Shown piece after piece: positions 20,236-33,082 of a stretch of 64,000 bases of DNA (its first letter is position 1; each line of letters begins with the position of its first letter). The notes under the pieces were generated by a model. It searched no databases. It saw nothing but the letters and a program-made list of their open reading frames with translations, and was not told the DNA's origin. The position numbers and the translations under genes are program-made. Source of the stretch: Sedimentisphaerales bacterium (GTDB lineage: Bacteria; Planctomycetota; Phycisphaerae; Sedimentisphaerales; Anaerobacaceae). Location of the stretch: NCBI GenBank assembly GCA_040772485.1, contig JAXGYC010000010.1:417475-481474 (forward strand), read 5' to 3'.

Positions 20236-21516
20236 TAGGCCCTGCCAGATCCTCTTGCGAATGTCGATCAACGTATCGCGTCCCAAGTGACCCGGCGGGG
20301 CCGGGTGCAGTGAGTGCGAACATCCCATCACATTCACTGATTAGTTTCTTACCTTTCTCTGACAGTCTTCGGACCAGGACAAGGGCTGGTGCTCCAGCTC
20401 TCAGCTTGGGAGCAAGATGTGTCTGAAGATGATCGTCGTTGAATCCATACCCTAGGATCAAGAAGCGTGTCGCACGGTCAATGCACTCATTTGCCTTCTC
20501 ACGGTGAGCATCAAATGGCCGGTCGTAGCCTGTCCGGAATTTGTTGAGGCCGGGCGTTATTATTAGGCGCGGCTGGGGAAGATCAAAGGGACATCGCACG
20601 GGATCTCCATTCAATAGGAACCAGTCAAGACTGCCATGCGGCTTAAGCAGCAATACCCTGTCTGTATACTCCAGACGAACGTAACGACCTGACTTAAGCC
20701 GCGCATCGCGGCAGAAGCTCATTCGGCTCTTCTTCTCATCGAAGACTCCCAGATGGTGACCAACAAACATTGTATCCACGCCCAAGCCAGCCATCTCAGC
20801 CGCGATTTCGATAAGCCGGTCGTAATTGGTTGTGATGACGGGGATGCCAGCTTGGGGCTTCAACACGTGAGGCAACAGTCGTGTGAACCGTAAGGTCTTG
20901 CGGCCGCCGAGAATCTCGTCGATAACTGCACGCTCCCGTCGCACGAGGAGTTCCGCGGTAGCCTCCACGATATGCGACTCAAGTGGTGCGCTCGGCGCCT
21001 TCTTGAGCATTGCCTCTTCGATGTTCAGCCCCCCTTGGAGTAGGTTGGCGATCTCTTGCCAGTCTTCCTGATCGGCGTCCTTTGTACGATCGGGAATCTT
21101 CTCTTGCAGGAAGCGAGCAACTTCTTCCATGCCTGGCAAGCCTTCCGCGCACGAAAGGCCACTTCCGATAATGGTTACCAGACCGTCGGTAAAATGGCCC
21201 TGGAGTCTCTGCTTAAGCTCGTGGATATGCATATCAGATCAAATTCAGCCAAGTCTCAGTATGCATTGGGCTTCGGTCCGCCCCGGGCGGCGCACTTCCC
21301 AGCTTCGCGCAAACACCCGAGGCCAAGAATCAGATTCCTGACAGCTCTCTCACCGCAGTATTCGCTGTCTATCCCTGCTGTTCCCGGTGTCTCATCCGTA
21401 TTATCGGCAAACGATGAACAGACAATTACATGATCTGAGCTGGATCAGCAATTCCGCGCGGAATTCTGCCAGATCCGCGGCGGGTCTGCTCTTCTCCGGT
21501 GATAGAAGGCGGGCAC

Positions 21517-21880
21517 GGATAATCAAAGGGGGGAATTAAAAGTGTCCGGTACAATTGTCGGGTCGAATGCAGGGCGAATGATGATTCGGCCCTACGATGG
21601 GCGGGCAAGGGCGAAGGTGGGAAGGGTCTGAAGGGTGCGAAGGGTGTGAAGGGGCGAAGGGGGCGAAGGGTGCGAAGGGTGTGAAGGGTCTGAAGGGTGC
21701 GAAGGGGTGCGGCGGGCGGAGTTTTGAGCGCTTGGTGTTGAGTTTTGAGTATGCGGCCTGCGGCTGAGTTTCAAGTGACAAGCGACAAGTTTGAAGTACG
21801 CCGCTTCACGCATCCCGCGTCATGCAGGCCGGAGGCTGGAGGCGGTAGGCCGGAGGAATCACGATTGACGCCATACGCAC
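21517..21880 (-). repeat. right arm of ~364-bp inverted repeat
   Basis: Reverse complement of 16683-17046. Confidence 0.95.
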
Positions 21881-21997
21881 CCCGCCCAACTCGCGAAGCC
21901 TGCCCCGAGCGGAGCCGAGGGGAGATGCCAGATCCGGCGGCCGCCGTGGGCGAGTGAACAACGGCCATACAAGGGCAAGATGCCCTCGCCACGGCGC

Positions 21998-22035
21998 AAA
22001 AGGAAAGGCCGGCTCGTGTTTCACGAACCGGCCTT
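21998..22035 (-). terminator. rRNA operon terminator
   Basis: AAGGCCGGTTCGTG-AAA-CACGAGCCGGCCTT plus T-rich tail, immediately after 5S. Confidence 0.8.
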
Positions 22036-22040
22036 GTAAT

Positions 22041-22150
22041 TCCTGGCGATGACCTACTCTCACGCTTACGCACTACCATCGGCCTGGACGGGCTTAGCTT
22101 CTGAGTTCGGCATGGGATCAGGCGTTTCCCCGTCAGTAACGTCACCAGGA
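22041..22150 (-). rRNA. rrf: 5S rRNA (short, ~110 nt)
   Basis: TCCTGGTGAC...GATCCCATGCCGAACTC...GAGAGTAGGTCATCGCCAGGA. Confidence 0.95.
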
Positions 22151-22356
22151 AACTCGTTATATCAGGCGAGGGCCTGATATAGTCAGAAGGAAAAAGGGCA
22201 CAGCGGAGCCGGAACGACACGAACTGTCCAGCGGGGCCGAAGCCCTTCCACTGTTGCCTTTGCTCTTCGACAGTATTCACTTTTCGAAAAGTCCATAGCG
22301 GATATGGATCTGAGCGGCATTGTAGCGATGCATCAATCCGTCAACCAGAGATTGAT

Positions 22357-25285
<2,929 letters not shown>

Positions 25286-25551
25286 ATATCAATCTCGGAT
25301 TGACCGCGATTGACTGGCATCGCCTACAAATGAGCGCTCAAAATGTCCAAGCCCTCCACTTCAGATCAGTGGAGATGACTCGGTGGGATTTCTCTTTCCC
25401 ACATATCCGCCTATGGACTTGTCAAAGAACGCCGCCTTCCGGCGGCTATAAAAAACGGCTATCTTAACGCCGATTTTATACCCTGCAACTGCAATCTTGC
25501 TGCTTTCGAAACTTTTTCTTTCGATCCGGCCCCCCTGCCCTGCGGGGGCAA

Positions 25552-25624
25552 TGGAGACGACCGGGATCGAACCGGCAACCTCCGGCTTGCAAAGCCGGCG
25601 CTCTCCCAATTGAGCTACGTCCCC
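25552..25624 (-). tRNA. tRNA-Ala(TGC)
   Basis: GGGGACG acceptor, CCGGC-TTTGCAA-GCCGG anticodon arm, GGTTCGATC; CCA not encoded. Confidence 0.95.
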
Positions 25625-25758
25625 AAGACCCATCGATTATGGATTATTGATAAATGATTATTGATCATTTACCAGCAACCGTTTCGGGCCGACGACGCAA
25701 CCGCTCCACCCCATCCCTCGACCCATCATCAATTGTCATTCATCGATAATCAATCGAA

Positions 25759-25832
<74 letters not shown>

Positions 25833-26094
25833 TTCGTCAAGGTGTTCTGCGTCAAAGCTCACAACACCCTATAGCCTCAATTGACTTAGAATGCCGGTTA
25901 TTGTTAGTCTGTAGTTTCAAAAGAGCAACAAAAAAACCGCTGCTTTTCACTGCCAGCGGTTCCCACCTCACCAGACTTTTCGTCTGCGGCAGTTAGAGCA
26001 AGAACTTTCGAGTTTGAAGCACTCTATCCAAAATTCTTGTTTACCCCTTAGCAATGGGCGACTTTCATCGCCTCAGCCATATCTGAGAAACGCA

Positions 26095-26155
26095 ATTCTA
26101 TTGCCCGATCGACACCCGGTCAATACCCTTTTTACGTTTTTTTCATAATTTTTGT
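26095..26155 (-). promoter_or_regulatory. sigma70 promoter of the tRNA-23S-5S operon with UP-like A tracts
   Basis: TTGACC (26123-26118), 17 bp spacer, TAGAAT (26100-26095); A-rich upstream. Confidence 0.75.
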
Positions 26156-26174
26156 TCCACCCTTCCCCGGGGGC

Positions 26175-26534
26175 GTATCTCGTCGCTCGTCGCCCGCAGG
26201 ACGGTGGCAGGCCCCGCCGGCCGCAAAAAGGCCCGCCGTGAGGCCAAAACAAGGCCAGGAACGCCGTATCTCGAATCTCGTATCTCGCCCCTCGCACAGC
26301 CCCGGAAATGCCGCTGCAAGCACGAAATCCGAAACTCGAAATGCCGTATCTCGTCGCTCGTCGCCCGTCGCTCGCAGCAAGCCGACAGGCCCCCCGGCCC
26401 ACGCCGGGCAGGTTCGGAGCATTCGTGCTTCGTGCTTCGGGTTTCAAGCCTTCCCCCAATGGCGGATCACGGGGCACGAGCCACGAGCGACCGGACACAA
26501 GCGACAAGATACGAGATACCAGATACGAGATACG
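26175..26534. repeat. nested inverted 7-bp tandem arrays
   Basis: (CGTATCT)n at 26265-85 versus (AGATACG)n at 26507-34; (CGAAA..)n at 26321-42 versus (TTCGTGC)n at 26421-40. Confidence 0.75.
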
Positions 26535-26596
26535 GTTCTGAGCCCCCTGTCCTACTCCGACCTCTTCAGTCTACAATTCAGGAGGTAGAAGCGTAG

Positions 26597-27063
26597 ATGC
26601 GTGAAACCGCCGATGAAGATCGTTCTCGATACCCACGTCCTGATGTCGTGAGGCCTTCGTTCGTAGTGGCGTCGTCAGACGCTACTTGTTGAATGGGTAT
26701 GCTCATTGGTAGGGGCGAAGCATGCTTCGCCCTTCCTCCGTGCGCGTGGGAATACGACGACGGGGGTGAAAGTCGTCCGGCTGCAAACGCTCCTTCCTCC
26801 GTGCGCGTGGGAATACGACGGACAACCCCTCCGCAGTGATCCCGACGCCGATCCTGATGCGTTTCGGGATCAGATCAGGACAGAACGCTACGGCGTATCG
26901 GGCGGCAGGCAAGGGCGAGGCATGCCTCGCCCCTACAAGCACGGCAAACCCCACCGCTTATCTCCAGGCCATTCGTTCGGGATGCCTTTGGTTCGCCCGC
27001 GCGCTTGACGCCGCCGCGACAATGCCCGATATTCCGACGGGCCAAGACATTGGGAGTCGTGCG
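26597..27063 (+). repeat. direct repeat unit 1 (PIN-gene stub + REPIN + promoter)
   Basis: Highly similar to 27895-28330; GTAG REPs at 26709-26732 and 26913-26936. Confidence 0.85.
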
Positions 27064-27220
27064 CAAGCTGCCTGGCAGGCCAGGCGTCGCGAGCGATCAA
27101 ATCATCTTTCCCTTGCCTTGGCGCCGCCGCATTGTACAATGGCCCTGTGCATACGCAGCGGATGCCTTGTCGGCCAGGAGAGAAGCCGTACATTATCCGC
27201 TGCGCTCTTGAGGTGAGGCC

Positions 27221-27529
27221 ATGGTCAGCCGGAACATTGACATTCCGATGGACAGGATCGAGCTGTTCTGCCGCCGCTGGAAGATCAGGGAGTTCTCTCT
27301 GTTCGGGTCGGTCCTGCGCGCCGACTTCGGACCCCATAGCGACGTGGATGTGCTGGTGAGTTTCGAGCCGGCGGCCGAATGGGACCTGTTCCATCTGGTC
27401 GAGATGCGCGATGAACTGATCGCCCTGTTCGGACGCGACGTCGATCTGGTCGAACAGGAGGGTCTGCGAAATCCGTTCCGCCGGCGCACCATCCTCGACA
27501 CACGGGAGGTGATCTACCGTGCCGCGTGA
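27221..27529 (+). CDS. MNT nucleotidyltransferase antitoxin
   Basis: SLFGSVLRADF..SDVDVLV, GRDVDLV; RBS GAGGTG. Confidence 0.9.
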   Translation: MVSRNIDIPMDRIELFCRRWKIREFSLFGSVLRADFGPHSDVDVLVSFEPAAEWDLFHLVEMRDELIALFGRDVDLVEQEGLRNPFRRRTILDTREVIYRAA

Positions 27530-27866
27530 CGCCGATGATGCCTCGTTGCTCTGGGACATGCTCGAAGCGGCCCGCAAGGTCCGCCAGTTCGTTGCCGGCA
27601 AGACCTTTCACGTGTACGCGCAGGACGAGGTGCTTCAGGCCGCCGTGGAACGAAAGCTGGAGATCATCGGTGAGGCCGCACGCGGCGTGTCGGACGATTT
27701 CCGGCGGGACCACCCGGAAATCCCATGGCGAGGGATCATCGGCCAACGGCACTTCCTCGCTCACGAGTACGGCGAGGTCCGCCAGGAGAAACTCTGGCGC
27801 GTCGCCACCGTACGCATCTCCGAACTGATCGAGCAGTTGGAAAAACTGATCCCCCCCGCCCCCTGA
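27519..27866 (+). CDS. HEPN/DUF86 (HepT-like) toxin
   Basis: LEIIGEAA, HPEIPW, RHFLAHEY motifs. Confidence 0.9.
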   Translation: MPRDADDASLLWDMLEAARKVRQFVAGKTFHVYAQDEVLQAAVERKLEIIGEAARGVSDDFRRDHPEIPWRGIIGQRHFLAHEYGEVRQEKLWRVATVRISELIEQLEKLIPPAP

Positions 27867-27894
27867 CCCATTCCGGCGTCGCTTCGGCGGTCTC

Positions 27895-28330
27895 ATGCGT
27901 GCGGAAGCGGCGATGAAGATCGTTCTCGATACCAACGTCCTGATGTCGGGAGACCTTCGTTCGCAGTGGCGTCGTCAGACGCTACTTGTTGAACAGGTAT
28001 ACTCGCACGAGCACACGAAGAACGAAAGACCCGTTGGTAGGGGCGAAGCATGCTTCGCCCTTCCTCCGTGCGCGTGGGAATACGACGGACAACCCGTCCG
28101 CAGTGATGCCGACGCCGATCCTGATGCGTTTTGGGATCAGATCAGGACAGGACGCTACGGCGTATCGGGCTGCAGGCAAGGGCGAGGCATGCCTCGCCCC
28201 TACAAGCACGGCAAACCGCGCCGCTCATTTCCATGCCGTTCGTTCCGAATACCTTCAATTCCCTCCTGCGCCTGACGCCGCCGCGACAATGCCCTATATT
28301 CAAAGCGGCCAAGAGACTATGAGTCGTGCG
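27895..28330 (+). repeat. direct repeat unit 2 (PIN-gene stub + REPIN + promoter)
   Basis: MKIVLDTNVLMSG stub at 27913; REPs at 28037-28060 and 28180-28203; CTGACG-17-TATATT at 28272-28300. Confidence 0.85.
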
Positions 28331-28332
28331 AA

Positions 28333-28554
28333 ATGAGCCCGCAAACGGAAAACGTGATAAAGGAAGCGCTTCAGCTCCCGCGAGAGGCGAGGGCCCTGAT
28401 TGCCGAGAAGCTGCTGGAGAGCCTGGACCTGGACGAGCCCTTTGAACTCAGCGACGAATGGCGGCAGGAAATCGCCCGACGATGCCGCGAGATCGACCAG
28501 GGGGCGGTTGATCTGGTCCCCACCGACCAGGTCCTCAAGGAAAAATGTACCTGA
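28333..28554 (+). CDS. addiction module antitoxin component (TIGR02574-like), orphan
   Basis: EALQLP..RALIAEKLLESLD...W..EI.RR..EIDQG; stop lies inside the GTACCTGA site. Confidence 0.75.
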   Translation: MSPQTENVIKEALQLPREARALIAEKLLESLDLDEPFELSDEWRQEIARRCREIDQGAVDLVPTDQVLKEKCT

Positions 28555-28771
28555 CACCTTTAATTCCCCCCCCAGCTCCCGCGTGAGGCAACAGCCCTGA
28601 TTGCCGAGAAGCTGCTGGAGAGCCTGGACCTCGACGACCCCTTTGAACTCACTGACGGATGGCCAGAGGAAATCGCTCGACGATGCCGCGAGATCGACCA
28701 GAAGCGATTGGTCTGGCCCCCGCCGACCAGGTCTTCAAGGAAAAATGTACCTGACACCTTTAATTCCCCCC
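28541..28771 (+). repeat. two copies of site AAAAATGTACCTGACACCTTTAATTCCCCCC
   Basis: At 28541-28571 and 28741-28771; inverted copy at 33299-33327; variants at 17011-17035 and 21528-21552. Confidence 0.85.
28573..28754 (+). pseudogene. degenerate tandem duplicate of the addiction-module gene
   Basis: Repeats 28372-28554 without a start codon, with substitutions/indels. Confidence 0.75.
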
Positions 28772-29112
28772 GCGGAAGAGCCGCTGACCTGCGAGACATC
28801 CGCCCGGGACCTTGAGTGAGCGTGTGGAACATGCAGCATAAGGGCGGGGGCGATAACGCAGAGAAAAACTACCAGAGCCGGAGACTCGAACGGTGGTTTC
28901 AGTCGGCCTTTGACGCGGACAGATTCAAATATAAGGCATTGTAGCCAAAGTACTTAGCTGCCTTATGTCTGTTTGTTTTGAAGTGCCGTGGAGAGGGAGT
29001 AAGTGGATGCGCAATGAAGAAGTATATGTAAATTGTATATTATATGGCCAAATACTGCTTGACCTATGGCCGAATAATACGTATCGTTATAGTGGGTATG
29101 TGGAGTTGTGCG

Positions 29113-29325
29113 ATGGCCGAAAAGAAAACGATGACATTGAATCTGACGGACCAAGAAATGCGCACCCTCGACGAAATGTCAACCAGGAAAGGCATGAGCA
29201 AGACCGCTGTAATTCGCCAGGCACTTGGGTTGTACCAATTGGTCTCGGCACGGATCGCAAACGGCGAGAAGTTCTTCTTTGAGGATGAGAAGTCTAACAA
29301 GAAAGCTGAACTGATGGTTGTATGA
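29113..29325 (+). CDS. ribbon-helix-helix (CopG-like) protein
   Basis: TMTLNL...GMSKTAVIRQAL; RBS GGAG; ATGA overlap with the next gene. Confidence 0.8.
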   Translation: MAEKKTMTLNLTDQEMRTLDEMSTRKGMSKTAVIRQALGLYQLVSARIANGEKFFFEDEKSNKKAELMVV

Positions 29326-29924
29326 GTATCCGAACGGTGAGAATTAGGGATAATTCGACTGGGAAACTCAAAGACGCGACGCTGAGGTCGGAGTTAGTGC
29401 CTCTTGATTTGGTCCGGATAGAAGGCGAATGGAAGGATACCAGGCTTGAACTAGTCAAGAAGAGGATCGAGAATGGCGTAAGGCCTGAAGATATCCCTCA
29501 GCATTGGCATTGGGACTGGAGTAAGAAAGCCCTCCTGTTGACAGAAGGCTCTCTTTTTCGTGCTTCCTTCTGTATTGAATGTGATGGGCAAACACAAGGG
29601 GCCCTGATGTTTACGACAGCGGGACATTACGCTGAACTCGAGCCCGACAGAGGGCGGGATCTGGTTTATGTCGATTTCATTGAGACCGCCCCGTGGAATG
29701 CAAAGATACTCACTGATGAACCAAGATATGGGGGGGTGGGGACTAGGTTAATCAAGGAAGCCGTTCTCATAAGCATGGATAGGGAGTTTCGCGGCAGGTT
29801 GGGATTAAGAGCACTGCGGCAATCTGTGCCATTCTATGAGGGAGTATGTTGACCTGCCCTACGGATGGTGGGCGCGTGGCGAGCTGGATAGACTGGGCTG
29901 CCATAGACACGAAAGGAACCATCT

Positions 29925-30224
29925 ATGGCAGACAAGAGTACACGACCGAAACGCTACAGTGAGGAGTTCCGGCTCCAGGCCGCCAAGCTCATCGTCGAGG
30001 GCGGCACCACCTATCATCAGGCCTCCCAGCAATTGGGCGTCAGCGACTGGGCCCTGCGGTGCTGGGTCAAGGCCTTCCGCGCCAACGGCCACCTGCCGCC
30101 CAAAGGGCAGATGGTCCCGTTGGCCGAAGAACTCAAAGCGGCCCGGCGGGAATTGGCCCAACTGCGTCTGGAGAACGAAATCTTAAAAAAAGCGGCGGCG
30201 TACTTCGCCAAGGAGTCCCTGTGA
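29925..30224 (+). CDS. IS3 transposase OrfA
   Basis: YSEEFR HTH, ENEILKKAAAYF; A7G slippery site at 30185-30192. Confidence 0.92.
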   Translation: MADKSTRPKRYSEEFRLQAAKLIVEGGTTYHQASQQLGVSDWALRCWVKAFRANGHLPPKGQMVPLAEELKAARRELAQLRLENEILKKAAAYFAKESL

Positions 30225-31111
30225 GGTACGCCTGGATCCACACCCAACGGGACGGCTATCCGCTGAAACTCCTGTGCCGGGTCTTGCAGGTCTCGCGGAG
30301 CGGCTATTATGCCTGGCGTCGACGCGAGCCCTCAGCGAGGACGCAACGACGTCAGGAGATCGCGCAGGCCGCACAACGCTCGCATGGCGATTCGCACGGG
30401 ACCTATGGCTACCGGCGGGTGCACCGCGACCTGATCGAGGACCACCAGATCGCCTGCTGCCGCGAGACCGTCCGTCACGTCATGGGGGATTTGGGCCTTT
30501 CTGGCCGGCATAAACGGCGTTTCGTCAAGACCACCGACTCGAATCACGACGAGCCAATCGCGACGAATCGGCTGCAACGTGACTTCGCCGCCACACGTCC
30601 AAATCAGAAGTGGGTGGCGGATCTCACGTACATTCGTCTGGTCGAGGGCTGGTTGTACTTGGCGGTGGTCCTGGATTGCTTCTCGCGGCGGATCGTGGGC
30701 TGGAGCCTGAGCCGAACCATCGACGCGGCCCTGGTGTGTGCGGCGTTGGAGATGGCGTTGCGTCGGCGTTGTCCGCAAGACGACTTGGTCCATCACTCGG
30801 ACCGTGGCGTTCAGTATGCCTCGCAGGCGTTCCGCGATTTGTTGACATGCGAGGGCCTGACGATGAGCATGTCACGCAAGGGCGACCCGTGGGACAATGC
30901 GATGATGGAGAGCTTCTTCGGGTCCCTCAAGACCGAGTGGATCGACAGCGATTACGCCACGGAAGAACAAGCCCGTAGGGAGGTGTTCAAGTACATCGAG
31001 ATGTTCTATAATCCGACCCGACGCCACAGTGCCCTGGGCTATCTCAGTCCGGCTGAATACGAGCGTCGTTACGAGGCACGACAGTTGAACCCTATGGATG
31101 AGGCAGCCTAG
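30221..31111 (+). CDS. IS3 transposase OrfB (-1 frame)
   Basis: WVADLTY, HHSDRGVQY, DNAMMESFF, RRHSALGY motifs. Confidence 0.92.
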   Translation: MRYAWIHTQRDGYPLKLLCRVLQVSRSGYYAWRRREPSARTQRRQEIAQAAQRSHGDSHGTYGYRRVHRDLIEDHQIACCRETVRHVMGDLGLSGRHKRRFVKTTDSNHDEPIATNRLQRDFAATRPNQKWVADLTYIRLVEGWLYLAVVLDCFSRRIVGWSLSRTIDAALVCAALEMALRRRCPQDDLVHHSDRGVQYASQAFRDLLTCEGLTMSMSRKGDPWDNAMMESFFGSLKTEWIDSDYATEEQARREVFKYIEMFYNPTRRHSALGYLSPAEYERRYEARQLNPMDEAA

Positions 31112-31249
31112 CCGTTAGCGGTTCCCGCGCCCACCGTCCGTAGGGCAGGTCATGTCGTATGGAGCAGGTCGACTGTAAGACAGAGGGTGGATTGCCATAC
31201 TATGAACTCACAGCCATACGGGCTAGATTGTTCCTGGACGGTGTATAGC

Positions 31250-33082
31250 ATGAACATGACAACAATATGTAACGACGACAAGTGGTTTCTTGCCAAGGCA
31301 GAAGAGGAGGCAAACGCGACGATCTCTGGTGGCGAGCTTCTCCGGCGATTATCCACCTCCTACGGAGTGAAGCGCGACAACCGCTTTGAGAAAATGACAG
31401 AGTACGGCCCGTGGGGTGGATATCTGTGGGGGCTGTTCGACCGGATACGAACAGCCGAATGGCTTATGCCGGAACAAGGATATGATCTTGAAAGTGATTT
31501 TGTGACCTTGGGAGTAACTGAGTGCGATTCTGATGTGCCGGTTGCGCAATTGCTGAATCCGGAGAAGCTCCGTGAGTCCAGGCGCACCCTTTTGTACGGT
31601 GCTCCGGGATCGGGAAAGACTTGTTTTGCACGGAAGCTTGTCCTGGAGCTGGCGAATGAGTATCGATCAAATGCTGAGTCCCTGCTTCCGGTGTATCTAC
31701 AGCTCAGAGATTGGACGCTAACGAGCCGCGTGGAAGAAATGTCAAGGAAATACATCAGAGAGTGCGGGGACGAGAGACTCTTGTATGACTTTAGAAAGAT
31801 GCAGGAAACTGGTCACGTGACTTTCGTATTGGATGGGCTTGATGAAGTACGTGAGGATCTACGCGACTTTGTTGTCAGAGATATCGCCTGCATACTGTCA
31901 CGGTCTCCTGGGTGCAGGTGTGTCGTCACTGCCCGAAACGGGACCACTGTTGAGGGACTGAAGGAGTTCAGCCATTTTGAGCTCGCTCCCTTGTCCGAAG
32001 CTCAGATTCACAGCTTTGTGGCAAACGCGTTGCCAAATCCTCGAGAACGCGATGATTTTTGGTCTGGCGTTATCGAGGAACCGATTTGTGCTAGACTGGC
32101 TTCGCGACCTTTCTTTCTCGGCTTGATCCTTGCAAGGTATAGAAGACATGAAATGACGCCACGTGACATTGGCAGTATCATCTTCAGGATTGTTGATGCC
32201 TTGACGGACGAGTGGGACGCAAGTCGAGGCATCCTGAGGTCACTCAAGCCTTGGGCAACGCCCGAGCGGAAACAGCTGTTGCTCCGAAGGATAGCCCACA
32301 TGCTGTACAAGGCGGAGAAGACGGACTTCGGTGTTGATGACTTTCTCGGGCTTGTGAACCGGTTTGCTGAGGAAGTCCCAGGTGTTCAAGTGCTTCATAC
32401 ACTGGAAGAGCATACGGGATTGATAGTGCACAAAGGAGAGAACAGATGGGCTTTTGTTCTTGATGAATTCCGAGATTTCTTCACGGCAGAGTATCTTGTG
32501 GAGAAGCCTGCTAATCTAGTGGCAATTCTTAGCGGGGAATCTCCCACAGAGGCCCAGACAAGATTGTGGCGGTTGTTCTGTGGTCTGACCAGCGACGCGA
32601 CAGAAGCCATGGTGTCTCTGCTCGGTCGAGGTGATTCTCTCTCTCTGCCCAAGGCTCTATTGCTTACAGAGGGATTCAGCCAAAGGCTGTCAACAGAAAA
32701 AGCATGGGCCGAATTGGCAGCGACATACATTGCACGCGCACTCTTGAGTGTTGGCATGGAGAGAGCTGTTCTCCAGGAAGTGGAATCAGAATCTGCCGAT
32801 AATAGGGCAAGAGTGGTTCGCGTATCCATTTTCTTTGAGGGCAAAGAACAAATAAATAGAAAGAATGCATGTCTCTATTGCGAACTGATCAAGGCCATTC
32901 ATCGAGCCAGAGATAGCTTCATTGTGCCGTGGATTGTCCGAGAAGTGGATTTGTTGTCTGATTCTGCGATCAGCATACTCGCTTCAGGATTAACGAATGC
33001 TAGGCCGGTAAGGTGCCAAGTCGAGGAAGTGGCTGATGGTTATGTAGTGAACTCAGAAATCGAAGAACCTATTGAGGCTTGA
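31250..33082 (+). CDS. NACHT/STAND NTPase
   Basis: Walker A GAPGSGKT, Walker B FVLDGLDE, VVTAR, LASRPFFL, FRDFFTA; starts 1 nt after the restored GNAT stop. Confidence 0.85.
   Translation: MNMTTICNDDKWFLAKAEEEANATISGGELLRRLSTSYGVKRDNRFEKMTEYGPWGGYLWGLFDRIRTAEWLMPEQGYDLESDFVTLGVTECDSDVPVAQLLNPEKLRESRRTLLYGAPGSGKTCFARKLVLELANEYRSNAESLLPVYLQLRDWTLTSRVEEMSRKYIRECGDERLLYDFRKMQETGHVTFVLDGLDEVREDLRDFVVRDIACILSRSPGCRCVVTARNGTTVEGLKEFSHFELAPLSEAQIHSFVANALPNPRERDDFWSGVIEEPICARLASRPFFLGLILARYRRHEMTPRDIGSIIFRIVDALTDEWDASRGILRSLKPWATPERKQLLLRRIAHMLYKAEKTDFGVDDFLGLVNRFAEEVPGVQVLHTLEEHTGLIVHKGENRWAFVLDEFRDFFTAEYLVEKPANLVAILSGESPTEAQTRLWRLFCGLTSDATEAMVSLLGRGDSLSLPKALLLTEGFSQRLSTEKAWAELAATYIARALLSVGMERAVLQEVESESADNRARVVRVSIFFEGKEQINRKNACLYCELIKAIHRARDSFIVPWIVREVDLLSDSAISILASGLTNARPVRCQVEEVADGYVVNSEIEEPIEA

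Larger units (their letters stand above)
18922..21232 (-). pseudogene. SIR2-family (SIR2_2) protein interrupted by IS630 near its 3' end
   Basis: IGSGLS, TTNYD, KPHGSLDW, GYGFNDDH motifs; removing the IS restores ...GPSLWDLDVFVREVFEV* (347 aa). Confidence 0.88.
29850..31152 (+). mobile_element. IS3-family insertion sequence
   Basis: TG...CA ends, 27-bp IRs with one mismatch, 3-bp target duplication TGT at 29847-49 and 31153-55. Confidence 0.95.
29322..31248 (+). pseudogene. GNAT-family acetyltransferase interrupted by IS3
   Basis: HWHWDW, VYVDFIETAPWN, RYGGVGTRLI, FYE motifs; frame resumes at 31156 (RMEQ...PYYELT...FLDGV*), 206 aa restored. Confidence 0.82.

Noticed and set aside
16683..21880. 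Composite transposon mobilised by the internal IS630
   Set aside because: The IS has its own IRs and TA duplication, unrelated to the arms, and no target duplication flanks the arms.
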